NCBI GenBank assembly: GCA_951406725.2
Contig: OX597828.1
Coordinates: forward strand, 49,476,001 to 49,540,000
Length of the DNA: 64,000 nucleotides
Direction of reading: 5' to 3'
DNA from: Octopus vulgaris
Taxonomy: Eukaryota
Below the pieces are notes generated by a model. That model was not told the DNA's origin and made no database searches. It was given only the letters and a program-made list of their open reading frames with translations. The position numbers were made by a program, and so were the translations under genes. Shown piece by piece: positions 11,863 through 24,456 of the stretch (position 1 is its first letter; every line of letters begins with the position of its first letter).

Positions 11863-12316
11863 GCAACAGTGAAAAGATATGTTCTGTTGTGGAAATCAAC
11901 TGTCAATGTGGTTAGAAAGAGGGCATCTATGGACCCATTGATAAGGAGTTTACAAATCCAGTACCCAAGATACACTTTCAGTTTCATACCTATAATTATT
12001 GGAACAACAGGATAACTTGTCTTCTCACGCACAGCATATTTCCAAAGGTCTCGGCCACTAGCCATTGCCTAGTATATATATATATCTATATTTATATATA
12101 TTTATAGCAATAAGAAAATGGAGGGGATCATTAGGTGGTTCACCAACTTTTAGATATTATATTATGTCAACTTATTTATTTACTAAACTAACAATTAGAA
12201 GAATATACATACATGTATAACAGATTATGCTTTACATATAAAATATAAAATATATATATGTGTGTGTATGTATGCATACATAGATAAATACATTCATACA
12301 TATGTCAAACTTGTGT

Positions 12317-12480
12317 GTGAAGGCGTATGGCCTAGTCGTAATCACGATTGCTAGATCGTGGTTTTGATTCACAGACCGGTGGTGCGGTACATTCTTGAGC
12401 AAAACACTTCCTTGCTCCAGTCCATTCGGCTGTAAACGGAGTAACCCTGCAATGGAGAGGCAGCCTGTTGAGGGATAATA
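12317..12480 (+). mobile_element. SINE family C, degenerate
   Basis: GAAGGCGTATGGCCTAG...TTCTTGAGCAAAACACTT...GCTCCAGTCCA. Confidence 0.65.
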
Positions 12481-12517
12481 TTGGTCTACTCGAGTAATCA
12501 GCGGGGTGACATAATGT

Positions 12518-13125
12518 GTCTTTGTGTCTGTGTTTGTCCCCAACACCGCTTGATAACTTAGCGGTACGGCAAAAGTAACCGATTGAATCAGTACCAGGCT
12601 TAGCAAAAAAGGATCATTTCGGTTTGAACGGCAGTTTTTTCTAGCGGTGTCATATGAAATTGTCACCCATAATTATGACCCTAGTATCGATCTATTGCAT
12701 TTCAATCTATTTTAGGGTTAGGGTTAGAGTTAAGGATGGTGGAAGGGTATCTTTTTTTCTTCGGAAATGTAAATAAACCCAATCTGTTTCTTAAACGAGG
12801 GACATATCCATACGGCACAGAATGTTTTCACCTCAATAGACGGTCATTGATTGGTTGAAATTGCAGATACTGAAGGAAAAAAACAACAAATATCTTACAA
12901 ACTATAGAATTTTCTCAAGAAAGCCAAGAGAAAAAGATGTTTTATAAACACATTCTACCAGTATACGAAGTTTAACATTTTTTAGTTACCTAGAAATTAT
13001 GTTAAAAACTGCCGTTCAAACCGAAAAGATCCAAAAACAATTAAGTACTGGGGTCGATTCACTCGACTAAAACATATTCTTCAAGACGATGCCCCATTAT
13101 GGCCGTAGTCTAATGACCGAATAGG
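12518..13125 (+). mobile_element. SINE family A, 3' half, interrupted by a MITE
   Basis: GTGTCTGTGTTTGTCCCCAACACCGCTTGA...GTACCAGGCTT | MITE | AAGTACTGGGGTCGATTCACTCGACTAA. Confidence 0.75.
12611..13032. mobile_element. GGATC-ended MITE with internal TTAGGG repeats, copy 1
   Basis: TIRs GGATCATTTCGGTTTGAACGGCAGTTTTT / AAAAACTGCCGTTCAAACCGAAAAGATCC. Confidence 0.9.
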
Positions 13126-13729
13126 CAAGGTATGCAACACCTAACAATGGCACTATACTAACGATAACATATAAAATGGAAATAGATTTCTAAACCTGGA
13201 ATCAATGCAGAATTCAATAAATTGCTATTATTTTGATATCAGATAAGGAACAATTACACATATCTTGAAAGCTCGCTGTATAAAACCATGCGTTACACTT
13301 TAAAATACCTCCAAACAAAAATATAGGCGGCCATCTTTGCAATGTAATAGGAATTGTGTTAAGGAAGGCTGAAATAATGGTGTCTTCGTTAAGTGACTAA
13401 AACTATGTATGTATGGATATGTGTGTTTGTGTGTATGTGTGAGTGTGTATTTGGCTGTATGTGGGCTAGCTTTTCTTTTTTTTATGACTGAGAAATATTG
13501 GTGGTGGTAGTATGTTCATGTGTGTGTCTATGTGTGCGTGTATGTTCATGTGTGTGTATGTGTGCGTGTGTAAATACAACGGTACCGAAGTACAGACATG
13601 TAGACTTTACTGTGGTTGTACGTACAATTGTGTTTACGTTTGTTTACATGTGTACGTAGTGCGACCCAACTAGCTTCCATTCCTCGTTATAGATGTACAC
13701 ACACGCACACACTGTGTATACTTGTGTCC

Positions 13730-14310
<581 letters not shown>

Positions 14311-14443
14311 TTATCTATACAGACACACACACACATAAACCACTTCACTCAAATGCCTTCAAGTCTATTCAGTATTCACACAAACCACTTCTGTTTGTTC
14401 TGTTCACTAATGGAGTTTTTTTTTCCCCTTTACGTTATAGACT

Positions 14444-14474
<31 letters not shown>

Positions 14475-15009
14475 AAACATACACACACTCACTCACAAGC
14501 ACACGTACACACACACAGACACACACATACGTACGCACGCACAAATGCTTTATTTGTCTCTTCTCTCTTCCCACACTTCTTCATATAATACAAGCCTACA
14601 GACTTCCATGCGCACACATACTAATTTAGTGTGTGTGTATATGTTTGAGTATGTGTGTATATTTGAGTATATGTATGTGTGCGTGCGTGTGTGTGTGTTT
14701 ATGTGCGTATTGCTGTCAGTATATGAACTGACATTGATTTATGTATGTGTTTTATAAGCTTGTTTATGCTTTGCTGTTTTCTTTTTTTCGTTCTTGTAGT
14801 TTCATTGTTATTGCTGTTGTTTTGCTCTAAGGCGGCTCTGGTCGAACAAACTATGATCAAGAACGCTCCAACTGTGACCTTCCCTGCTTTTTTTTCCTAG
14901 TCTAAATTACCTCATTCCCCCCCCCACTTTTCAAGACAGTTCTACTAATGTGTATGTATATGTGTAAATGTGTGCATATGTGTATATATTTGTATGCGTC
15001 TATATTACT

Positions 15010-15419
15010 TAGTTCGGTCAATGGACAGCGGCCATGCTTCAGCATCATCTTGAAGAATTTTATTCGAAGAAATCAACCTCAGTAATTACTATTATCTTTT
15101 CAAAGCCTGGTACGTAGCTTCCTTCAACTGAATACACGTCGTTGATTGGTTAAAATTATCCAAATACAACAACTTTAGCACGAAAATAACTTCTAAAATA
15201 CGAAATTTTGTCCAAATTGTTCAATGTAAAACGTGTTCTACGTGAGAAATTACACCAGTATACGAAGTAAAAAAATCTGTGAGCCAAACTGAACAGATCC
15301 TATTCTGTCGGTCTGTTATACCGAACCTCTAAGTTACGGTGACGTAAACTAATCAACACCGGTTGTCAAGTGGTGGTGGGAAGGAACAGTGGAACAAAGA
15401 AACAAAGGCAAAGACACGC

Positions 15420-15512
<93 letters not shown>

Positions 15513-15670
15513 CACGACAGGCTTCTTTCAGTTTCCGTCTACCAAATCCACCCAAAAGGCTTTGGTCGGCCCGAGCCTATAACAGAAGACACACACTTGC
15601 CCAAGGTTCCACGCAGTGGGACTTAACTCGGAACCACGTGGTTGGGAAGCAAACTTCTTGCCATGCAACC
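15010..15670 (-). mobile_element. SINE family A, degenerate, interrupted by a MITE-related fragment
   Basis: GGCCATGCTTCAGCATC...AAAGCCTGGTAC | insert | TATTCTGTCGGTCT...GGGAAGCAAACTTCTTGCCATGCAACCA. Confidence 0.75.
15115..15300. mobile_element. One-ended relative of the GGATC MITE
   Basis: Shares CGTC.TTGATTGGTT.AAATT, ACCAGTATACGAAGT and the terminal AAAC.GAA.AGATCC with the MITE right half. Confidence 0.6.
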
Positions 15671-15693
15671 ATGTGTGTGTATGTATGTATATT

Positions 15694-16011
15694 GTGAAGA
15701 CACATGGCTTAGTGGTAAGGGTGTTCGGCTCACGATCGCATGGTCGTGAGTTCAATTCCCGGCTATACGTTGTGTCCTTGAGCAAGACACTTTATTTCAC
15801 GTCCACTCAGCTGGCATAAATGAGTAGTACTTGCAATGCAAAGGGCCACCCTTGTCACATCCTGTGTCACACTGAATCTCCCCGAGAACTACGTGAAACG
15901 CACGCGTGTCTGCGGAATGCTCAGCCACATGCACGTTAATTTCACAAGCATGCTGTTCCATTGATCTGAATCAACTGGAACCCTCGTCGTCGTCGTAACC
16001 GACGGAGTACC
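15694..16011 (+). mobile_element. SINE family C (tRNA head plus CORE-like block), full length
   Basis: TGGCTTAGTGG / GAGTTCAATTCC boxes, GTGTCCTTGAGCAAGACACTT, and 3' GATCTGAATCAACTGGAACCCTCGTCGTCGTAACCGACGGAG. Confidence 0.85.
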
Positions 16012-16178
16012 AATGATAGTGGGGAGTGGGGTATGTATATTGTATATAAGTGTAGTTTCTTGTATGTGAATATGAAAACGTGTGTGTGTCTGTTCGTGTC
16101 TTCCCTAAACACATGAAACCCAAAGATGCTGAATCCGAACATGACGCACACTAATGAAAGTAATCTGGAGTAATGTGA

Positions 16179-16975
16179 TCACCACCACCACCACCACCAC
16201 CACCACCACCACCACCATCACCACTACCACCACCACCGCAGTCATTATCACCATCACCAGCAACACCTTTAAAAACTCAACTTCCACCGTGACCACCATC
16301 ACAACGATAACCACCTCAAGTGATTGCGTTTGTTGCTTTTTAAGTGGCAGAAGTGAGTGTGGTGGTGGTGGTGGTGGCGGTGGTAGTGAGTGTGGTGGTG
16401 GTGGTTGTAGTGGTGGTGGTGGTGGTGGTTGTAGTGGTGGTGGTGGTAGTAGTGAGTGTGGTGGTGGTGGTTGTAGTGGTGGTGGTTGTAGAAGTGAGTG
16501 TGGTGTTGGTGGTTGTAGTGGTGGTGGTGGTGGTGGTTGTAGTGGTGGTGGTGGTGGTGGTTGTAGTGGTGTTGGTGGTTGTAGTGGTGGTTGTGGTGGT
16601 AGTAGTGAGTGTGGTGGTGGTGGTGGTGGTTGTAGTAGTGAGTGTGGTGTTGGTGGTTGTAGTGGTGGTGGTGGTAGTAGTGAGTGTGGTGGTGGTGGTG
16701 GTGGTAGTAGTGAGTGTGGTGGTGGTTGTAGTGGTGGTGGTAGTAGTGAGTGTGGTTGTAGTGGTGGTGGTGGTGGTAGTAGTGAGTGTGGTGGTGGTGG
16801 TGGTGGTAGTAGTGAGTGTGGTGTGGTGGTGGTGGTAGTAAGTGTGGTGGTGGTGGTGGTAGTAGTGAGTGTGGTGGTGGTGGTGGTGGCGGTAGTAGTG
16901 AGAGTGGTGGTGGTGGTGGTGGTTGTAGTGGTGGTGGTGGTAGTAGTGAGTGTGGTAGTGGTGGTGGTGGTAGTT
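16179..16975. repeat. (ACC)n tract followed by a (GGT)n array with AGTGAGTGT higher-order units
   Basis: Directly visible. Confidence 0.9.
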
Positions 16976-17644
16976 TGAGAAACTTCTCTGCCATTTCTAG
17001 CTTAGAAAGAATCCTTTCTCGTTGGTCCCGAGGTCGGCGAAGAGAGAGTGATAGGGGGGGGGACAAAACGAGCAAAGAGAGAGAGAGAGTAGCAGGAGGG
17101 GGGGAGGGTTAGAAGGAGAAACGTGGGGGGGGGGAGGGAGGGAGGGAGGAATTATGAACACCGAGCTGACCCCTACGTCTTTTTAGTTTTTGTTTGTTGA
17201 GGAGAAGAAGAAACATATCGTTGTCACCTTGACAACCACATTTAGAGCGAGGGGAGCAGGAGGAGAAGGTGGAGGAGGTGGTGGTGTTGGTGGTGACGGG
17301 AGGAAGAGGAGGAGGAGAAGAAGAAGAAGAAGAAGAAGAAGAAGAAGACGACTCTATTGACTCGCCTACCAGCGTGGGTTTGTCTGATCCCTATATTCTC
17401 GTCCTGTTCCTTCTTTCTCCCTCCACTTTTTTGCTGTCTGCTCTATAATTACCAACAGGAACCCAAGATCTGTGATAATAAGGGTTTCTGGTGGCTGCGT
17501 TGGAAAGAGGGTGACGGGGGAGGAGGAGGAAAAAGTAAGAGGAAGAGGGGGGGGAGAGGGGACGAGATAAAGCGAGAAGTAAAACGTCACAAGTTTGGCA
17601 GGAGAAACAGAAAGCTTCGTAGCGTTTTTAAAAACAGCACTGGT

Positions 17645-18204
<560 letters not shown>

Positions 18205-18211
18205 AATATTC

Positions 18212-18442
18212 TTTTATTCTTTCACTTGTTTCAGTCATTTGACTGCGGCCATGCTGGAGCACCGCCTTAAAGCGCTTTTTTAGTCGAAGAAATCGACTCC
18301 AGGACGGCTTGTTCTTTTTGAAAGCCTTGTATTTATTCTATCGGTCTGTCTTGCCGAACCGCTATGTTTAGGGGATCGTAAACGCACCAGCATCAGTTGT
18401 CAAGCGATGGAGGGGGGGGACAAACACCGACACACAAATATG
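18212..18442 (-). mobile_element. SINE family A, 3' half
   Basis: CTTGTTTCAGTCATTTGACTGCGGCCATGCTGGAGCACCGCC...GGACAAACACCGACACACAAA. Confidence 0.85.
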
Positions 18443-18842
18443 GGATCTTTTCGATTTGAACGGCAGTTTTTTCTAGCGGTGTCATATGAAATTGTCACCC
18501 ATAATTATGACCCTAGTATCGATATATTGCCTTTCAGTCTGTTTTAGGGTTAGGGTTAGGGGTTGGGGGAAGGGTATCTTTTTTTCTTCAGAAATGTAAA
18601 TAAACCCAATCTGTTTCTTAAACGAGGGACATTTTCATACAGCACAAAATGTTTTCAGCTCAATAGACGTCATTGATTGGTTGAAATTGCAGAAATTGAA
18701 GAAAAAAACCCCCAAATATCTTTCAAACCATAGGATTTTCTCAATAAAACCAAGAGAAAAAGATGTTTTATAAACACATTCTACCAGTGTTTAGTTACGT
18801 GGAAATTATTTTAAAAAACTGCCGTTCAAACCGAAAAGATCC
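18443..18842. mobile_element. GGATC-ended MITE, copy 2
   Basis: Same TIRs as copy 1. Flanks ACAAATATG / ATAAATATG form a 9-bp TSD with 1 mismatch. Confidence 0.9.
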
Positions 18843-19604
18843 ATAAATATGTAGAAGTAATAGCTTGTCCTATATTTTTACAGGTGTCTTGTACTTTTCC
18901 AGGTTTATAATCTTAAGAATATTACTGTTCATGCTTGCATTTTTCCATGTAATCCATGATTTTTCCAGGCATTGCTGTTATAAGATAATTAATGATGTGT
19001 CGATTAATAATTTAAGATTTTACCTTATAAAATACTGAAAGATAATATTTCAATTTTTCCAAGTAAGTGATGATAATATTTCAATTTTTTTCATGTTTAA
19101 TTAGCTTTATGTTGTAATTGTATCATGTGATATTACCCATCCACATCAAAAATTAATGGTAGGGACTTTTACCATGTTGTTGGTTGCACCATGGCTCACC
19201 CAAAGTTACAAACAAGACCCCCAAACCATCAGGTACCAGGCTCACCTTAAGTAACCTAATTTTGCAATATTAGGAAGTCACAATAATTCATACAACGAAA
19301 AAAAAAATTCCAATGATTCCGGGATGGGGGGGGGGGGGCACCTCATTTTTCCGAACCAAAATAAGGGATTTGCAGCATATTAGGAGGTCAGGGTACTTGA
19401 TTCCACGCAAAAAATCAATTTTTTTTTGTCTTAGTGAAAATCGTGCGGGTGTTAATATAGAAATTGACCATAATGTTGTTCTTATTTAGCCTCAAATAAA
19501 CCCTGATATTGCAAACGTATCATCAAAGACATTCCAGCCTTCAGAAAACCATCTTTTTAAGGATAATCTAGGATATTACATACAATGGGCGTGTGATTTG
19601 AACT

Positions 19605-19695
19605 CAAGATGGCGGAAATTTGAACTCAAGAATGTAAAGACAGACGAAATACCGCTAAACATTTCGCCCGGCGCTTCTGCCAGCTCACCGCCTTA
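19605..19695 (-). mobile_element. SINE family B, head fragment
   Basis: GGCGGAAATTTGAACTCAAG...CATTTCGCCCGGCGCTTCTGCCAGCTCACCGCC. Confidence 0.75.
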
Positions 19696-20400
19696 GAAAG
19701 CAAACATTCATTTTAGAAATATATTCTTTATTCTTATTGCTGAAGCGTTACTCCCTTACTTCCTTACTTACTGACATGAAATTTCGTAACATTTTATTTC
19801 ATAACTCCTTTTCTGCTAATTTTTGTTCAATGCAACAAGCGATTCTGAATTCCTCATGCATTTTTCTATCGTTTAAGCCAAAGAAAGGTATACTTTTAAT
19901 TTTTAAAATTATGTTAATTGAAGATGAATATCTGTCTTACTGCCCCCCTTGAGGTCGCAGTTATTTTGATGTAACTTTTTTTCTACTGAACCACATCTCA
20001 AACTATTTATGCCAAAGTGTAGCTGAGTAGGTGTCCTCTTTAAAACTATTAACAGTTTGCAATTTAGTTGGGAACTGAGTTACTGGTGAAGCTTGGAATC
20101 TGCTGCGATTGACGAAATGGTGGACTTAAGAATATATTCAACCACTACCGTGATTGAATGATATATATATAGGTGTGTGTGTGTGTGCATACACGCACAC
20201 GCGCTCTCTCGTACATACACGCACATGTATTTGAAATAATTATTAGCTGTCCACTCGTTGAACGAATATAATCATCACCGGCAATTACGAGAAATCATTT
20301 CTGTTTATTTTAGAGTCCATATGACCTGCAGCCACTCTTGTGTCCTGCTTGTTTATTTGTTTTAATATCATTATTATTATGTCTATTGTTTTTGTAGTCG

Positions 20401-20469
<69 letters not shown>

Positions 20470-20631
20470 GCCGCAGGAGTGGCTGTGTGGTAAGTAGCTT
20501 GTTTACCAACCACATGGTTCCGGGTTCAGTTCCACTGCGTGGCACCTTGGGCAAGTGTCTTCTACTATAGCCTCGGGCCGACCAAAGCCTTGTGAGTGAA
20601 TTTGGTAGACGGAAACTGAAAGAAGCCCGTC

Positions 20632-20691
<60 letters not shown>

Positions 20692-20850
20692 CGGGAAGCT
20701 TTATGAAAATAGACAAAAGACGAAGGCAGGTGGAAAACAAACAAACAATTGTATTAGTATGGCGCTCAGGAAATATAAATAAAACAAGTCTTTATATATA
20801 TATAACAAGTCTTTATATATATATAACAAGTCTTTATATATATAACAAGT

Positions 20851-20889
<39 letters not shown>

Positions 20890-21117
20890 TGTGTGTGTTT
20901 GTGTGTCTGTGTTTGTCCCCCTAGCATTGCTTGACAACCGATGCTGGTGTGTTTACGTCCCCGTTACTTAGCGGTTCGGCAAAAGAGACCGATAGAATAA
21001 GTAGTGGGCTTACCAAAAGAATAAGTACCGGGGTCGAGTTGCTCGATTAAAGGCGGTGCTCCAGCATGGCCGCAGTCAAATGACTGAAACAAGTAAAAGA
21101 GTAAAGAGAGAGTAAAG

Positions 21118-21120
<3 letters not shown>
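20470..21120 (+). mobile_element. SINE family A, full length, between (ATT)n tracts, with a nested pLTR-like fragment in its internal (TA)n
   Basis: Complete head and tail are present; the insert lies at 20689-20860. Confidence 0.9.
20689..20860 (-). mobile_element. Truncated 3' end of the hammerhead-bearing element
   Basis: TAACGGGAAGCTTTATGAAAATAGACAAAAGACGAAGGCAGGTGG...AAAACAAGTCTTTA, nearly identical to 272-375, followed by three further (TA)nACAAGTCTT units. Confidence 0.8.
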
Positions 21121-21186
<66 letters not shown>

Positions 21187-21626
21187 TTGTCAAGCGTGAC
21201 ACATGTAAATGTTTTGTTTCGGCTGTGTGTATCTCGTGCCAGTCACCGTGGAAATGAATTGCAAAAAATAATAAAAATGCGACCGAGCCCCGTTTTAGTT
21301 TTACATTATTTGTCACATTCCACAAATATGAGACATTCTTCCGGCGTACATTCATCATAATGAACACCTTGTGCTCAGCTTCACTACCAGGTTAGACTCC
21401 TTTAGATCATATACCAAGCTAGATTCTTTTCTCCACCACCACAAAGGTAATGGAGCTAGTGTACTAACCCTACCCCTTAAATATTTGCGTCCTGTTACTT
21501 TTGGTCCTCACACATATTTTTGAATTCAAACCGATTGTTCTTCTCCAGTTTGGCAGCATTTCATGCCTTTGACACCCCCATTCAGTCTGCTTTTTATATA
21601 CAAGCTGGCGACATTCTGATATTCTG

Positions 21627-21847
21627 CGGCGAGCTGGCAAAAACGTTAGCACGCCGGGCGAAATGCGTAGCCGTATTTCGTCTGCCGTTACCTTCTGAGT
21701 TCAAATTCCGCCGAGGTCGACTTTGCCTTTCATCCTTTCGGGGTCGATTAATTAAGTACCAGTTACGCACTGGGTCGATATAATCGACTTAATCCGTTGG
21801 TCTGTCCTTTTCTGTGTTTAGCCCCTTGTGAGTAGTAAAGAAATAGA
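21627..21847 (+). mobile_element. SINE family B, full length
   Basis: GCGGCGAGCTGGCAAAAACGTTAGC...GCCTTTCATCCTTTCGGGGTCGA...GTAGTAAAGAAATAG. Confidence 0.9.
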
Positions 21848-22054
21848 TATTCAAGTACAAAACCAGCTTTCTGGACACGAATGTATTGGAACCTCTTACA
21901 ACTCGTACCAAATTTCGAGCAGAAGCTTAAAATTCCTGCAGCTGCCAGACTAATTTACTATTATCTTGCACAGACTAATACTTCACACAGTACTGTACCA
22001 ATAAACTTGTATCATTTTCACTAATGTACAGGTACCTGTATTTCATTTGATTAT

Positions 22055-22492
22055 GGCGTAGGAGTGACTGTATGGTAAGTAGCTTGCTTACCAACCACAT
22101 GGTTCTGGGTTCAGTCCCACTGCGTGGCACCTTGGGCAAGTGTCTTCTACTATAGCCTCGGGCCGACCAAAGCCTTGTGAGTGGATTTGGTAGACGGAAA
22201 CTGAAAGAAGCCCTTCGTATATATGTATGTGTATATATATATGTGCGTGTATATGTTTGTGTGTCCGTGTTTGTCAACCCCCCCACACACACACACAACA
22301 TCGCTTGACAACCGATGCTGGCGTGTTTACGTCCCCGTAACTTAGCGGTTCGGCAAGAGAGACCGATAGAATAAGTACTAGGCTTACAAAGAATAAGTCC
22401 CGGGGTCGATTTGCTCGACTAAAGGCGGTACTCTAGCATGGCCACAGTCAAATGACTGAAACAAGTGAAAGAGTAAAAGAGTAAAAGAGTAA
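22055..22492 (+). mobile_element. SINE family A, full length
   Basis: GGCGTAGGAGTGACTGTATGG...GAAACAAGTGAAAGAGTAAAAGAG. Confidence 0.9.
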
Positions 22493-22612
22493 GTGGACTG
22501 GGGCAACATGAAATAAAATGTCATACTCACGGACACAGCGTATCGCCGAGAATCGAACTCAGGACCTGACGATCGTGAGCCGAATGCCCTTACTACTAAG
22601 CCACGCACATTC
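22490..22612 (-). mobile_element. SINE family C, head
   Basis: Reverse complement of TGGCTTAGTAGTAAGGGCATTCGGCTCACGATCG...GAGTTCGATTC. Confidence 0.75.
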
Positions 22613-22700
22613 ATTAGAAGGTACAGTTCACCTAAATTTCAATCGGTTCTATAGAGAGGTACCGATCACCCAAATGTCAATAGAAACCTCCGGAAAATAT

Positions 22701-22876
22701 GTTTCTTTATTGCCCACAAGGGGCTAAACACAAAGGGGACAAACAAGGACAGACAAACGGATTAAGTCTATTACATCGACCCCAGTGCGTAACTGGTACT
22801 TAATTTATCGACCCCGAAAGGATGAAAGGCAAAGTCGACCTCGACGGAATTTGAACTCAGAACGTAACGGCAGACG
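22701..22876 (-). mobile_element. SINE family B, 5'-truncated, 16-bp TSD
   Basis: AACCTCCGGAAAATAT at 22685-22700 and 22877-22892. Confidence 0.92.
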
Positions 22877-22984
22877 AACCTCCGGAAAATATAGTTCACC
22901 TAACAGTAAATTGGAACCACAGGAAGGCAATATTTAGCTAGCCGTAAACGTGTACCACGAGGTGGTAGAGTTCACCAACATATA

Positions 22985-23220
22985 TATTTCTTTATTGCCC
23001 ACAAGGGGGCTAAACATAGAGGAGACAAACAAGGACAGACAAAGGGATTAAGTCGATTACATCGACCCCAGTGCGTAACTGGTACTTAATTTATCGACCC
23101 CGAAAGGATGAAAGGTAAAGTCGACCTCGGCGGAACTTGAACTCACAACGTAACGGTAGACGAAATACGGTTACGCATTTCGCCCGGCGTGCTAACGTTT
23201 CTGCCAGCACGCCGCCTTCA
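22985..23220 (-). mobile_element. SINE family B, full length, 16-bp TSD
   Basis: AGTTCACCAACATATA at 22969-22984 and 23221-23236. Confidence 0.92.
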
Positions 23221-23554
23221 AGTTCACCAACATATAAATAAGTGACATAGTTTGCTAGGGTCCATTTAGCTGAGGAGAGGTAACCTTGGATGGGAAGGTT
23301 CGCCTAGCTGTAAATAGCCATCATAGAGAGTAAAATGCGCTTAGATGTCAACAGATACCACAAGCAGGTTATAGATCATTTAGAAGACAATAGTGAGAGC
23401 TTGCGGAAGTATTTGCTATTGTTGTTAAGCAGTGGAAGCACTGTGAAACAATCGAGTGTTTTGTCTAAGAGTTAAGTTGTTATTGAAGGAGTGGGGTATA
23501 TCGATCACAAATTAAATTCTACCCCCATCACCGCTGCACCCGCCTACGCGGCCG

Positions 23555-23710
23555 CAGCTGCTGCTGCTACTACCACCACCACCACCACCACCACCACCAC
23601 TACTACTACCACTACCACCACTACTACTTCTACTACTACTGCTGCTGCTGCTACTACTACTACTACCACCACCACCACCACCACCACTACTACTACTGCC
23701 GCTGCTGCTG

Positions 23711-23768
<58 letters not shown>

Positions 23769-23827
23769 CATCACTACCACCACCACCACCACCACCACCA
23801 CTACTACTACTGCCGCTGCTGCTGCTG

Positions 23828-23859
<32 letters not shown>

Positions 23860-23931
23860 ACTACTACTACCACCACCACCATCACTACCACCACCACCAC
23901 CACCACCCACTGCTACTGCCGCTGCTGCTGC

Positions 23932-23964
<33 letters not shown>

Positions 23965-24052
23965 ACTACTACCACCACCACCATCACTACCACCACCACC
24001 ATCACTACCACCACCACCACCACCACTACTACTACTGCCGCTGCTGCTGCTG

Positions 24053-24090
<38 letters not shown>

Positions 24091-24141
24091 TCACTACCAC
24101 CACCACCACCACCACCACCACTACTACTACTGCCGCTGCTG

Positions 24142-24196
<55 letters not shown>

Positions 24197-24225
24197 CACC
24201 ACTACTACCACCACTACTACTACTG
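23555..24225. repeat. Compound (GCT)/(ACT)/(ACC) trinucleotide array
   Basis: Directly visible. Confidence 0.95.
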
Positions 24226-24316
24226 AAGGTAGGCCAATAGCTCTGCGTGAGTCGGTCTGTATGTTTACGTGTATGTATGCAATAATTTTTTATGTATGTC
24301 TACCTATTTCTTTCTT

Positions 24317-24347
<31 letters not shown>

Positions 24348-24419
24348 GTATATATATATATATATATGTGTGTGTGCGTATGCATCCTTATCTTTCTCAC
24401 ACAAACACACATACATCTG

Positions 24420-24456
<37 letters not shown>

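Larger units (their letters stand above)
11140..12015 (+). mobile_element. Second R4/Dong-like RLE fragment, split by nested insertions
   Basis: KTATKLKHNRPDIVVWNH (to ~11290) resumes at ~11875 as GATATGTTCTGTTGTGGAAATC...LIRSLQIQYPRYTFSFIPIIIGTTG. Homologous to 8095-8545. Confidence 0.8.

Noticed and set aside
15694-15770. SINE heads as functional tRNA genes (also 11290, 33757, 33863)
   Set aside because: A/B boxes are present but the cloverleaf is incomplete, and most continue into SINE body sequence.
16154-16978. 274-aa Gly/Cys/Ser-rich ORF resembling a keratin-associated or loricrin-like protein
   Set aside because: Derived from a (GGT)n array. The frame drifts into poly-Val, other frames are also open, and no splice or promoter support is visible.
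23491-24240. Mucin-like poly-Thr/Ala ORF
   Set aside because: Pure trinucleotide mosaic with no signal peptide or unique domain.
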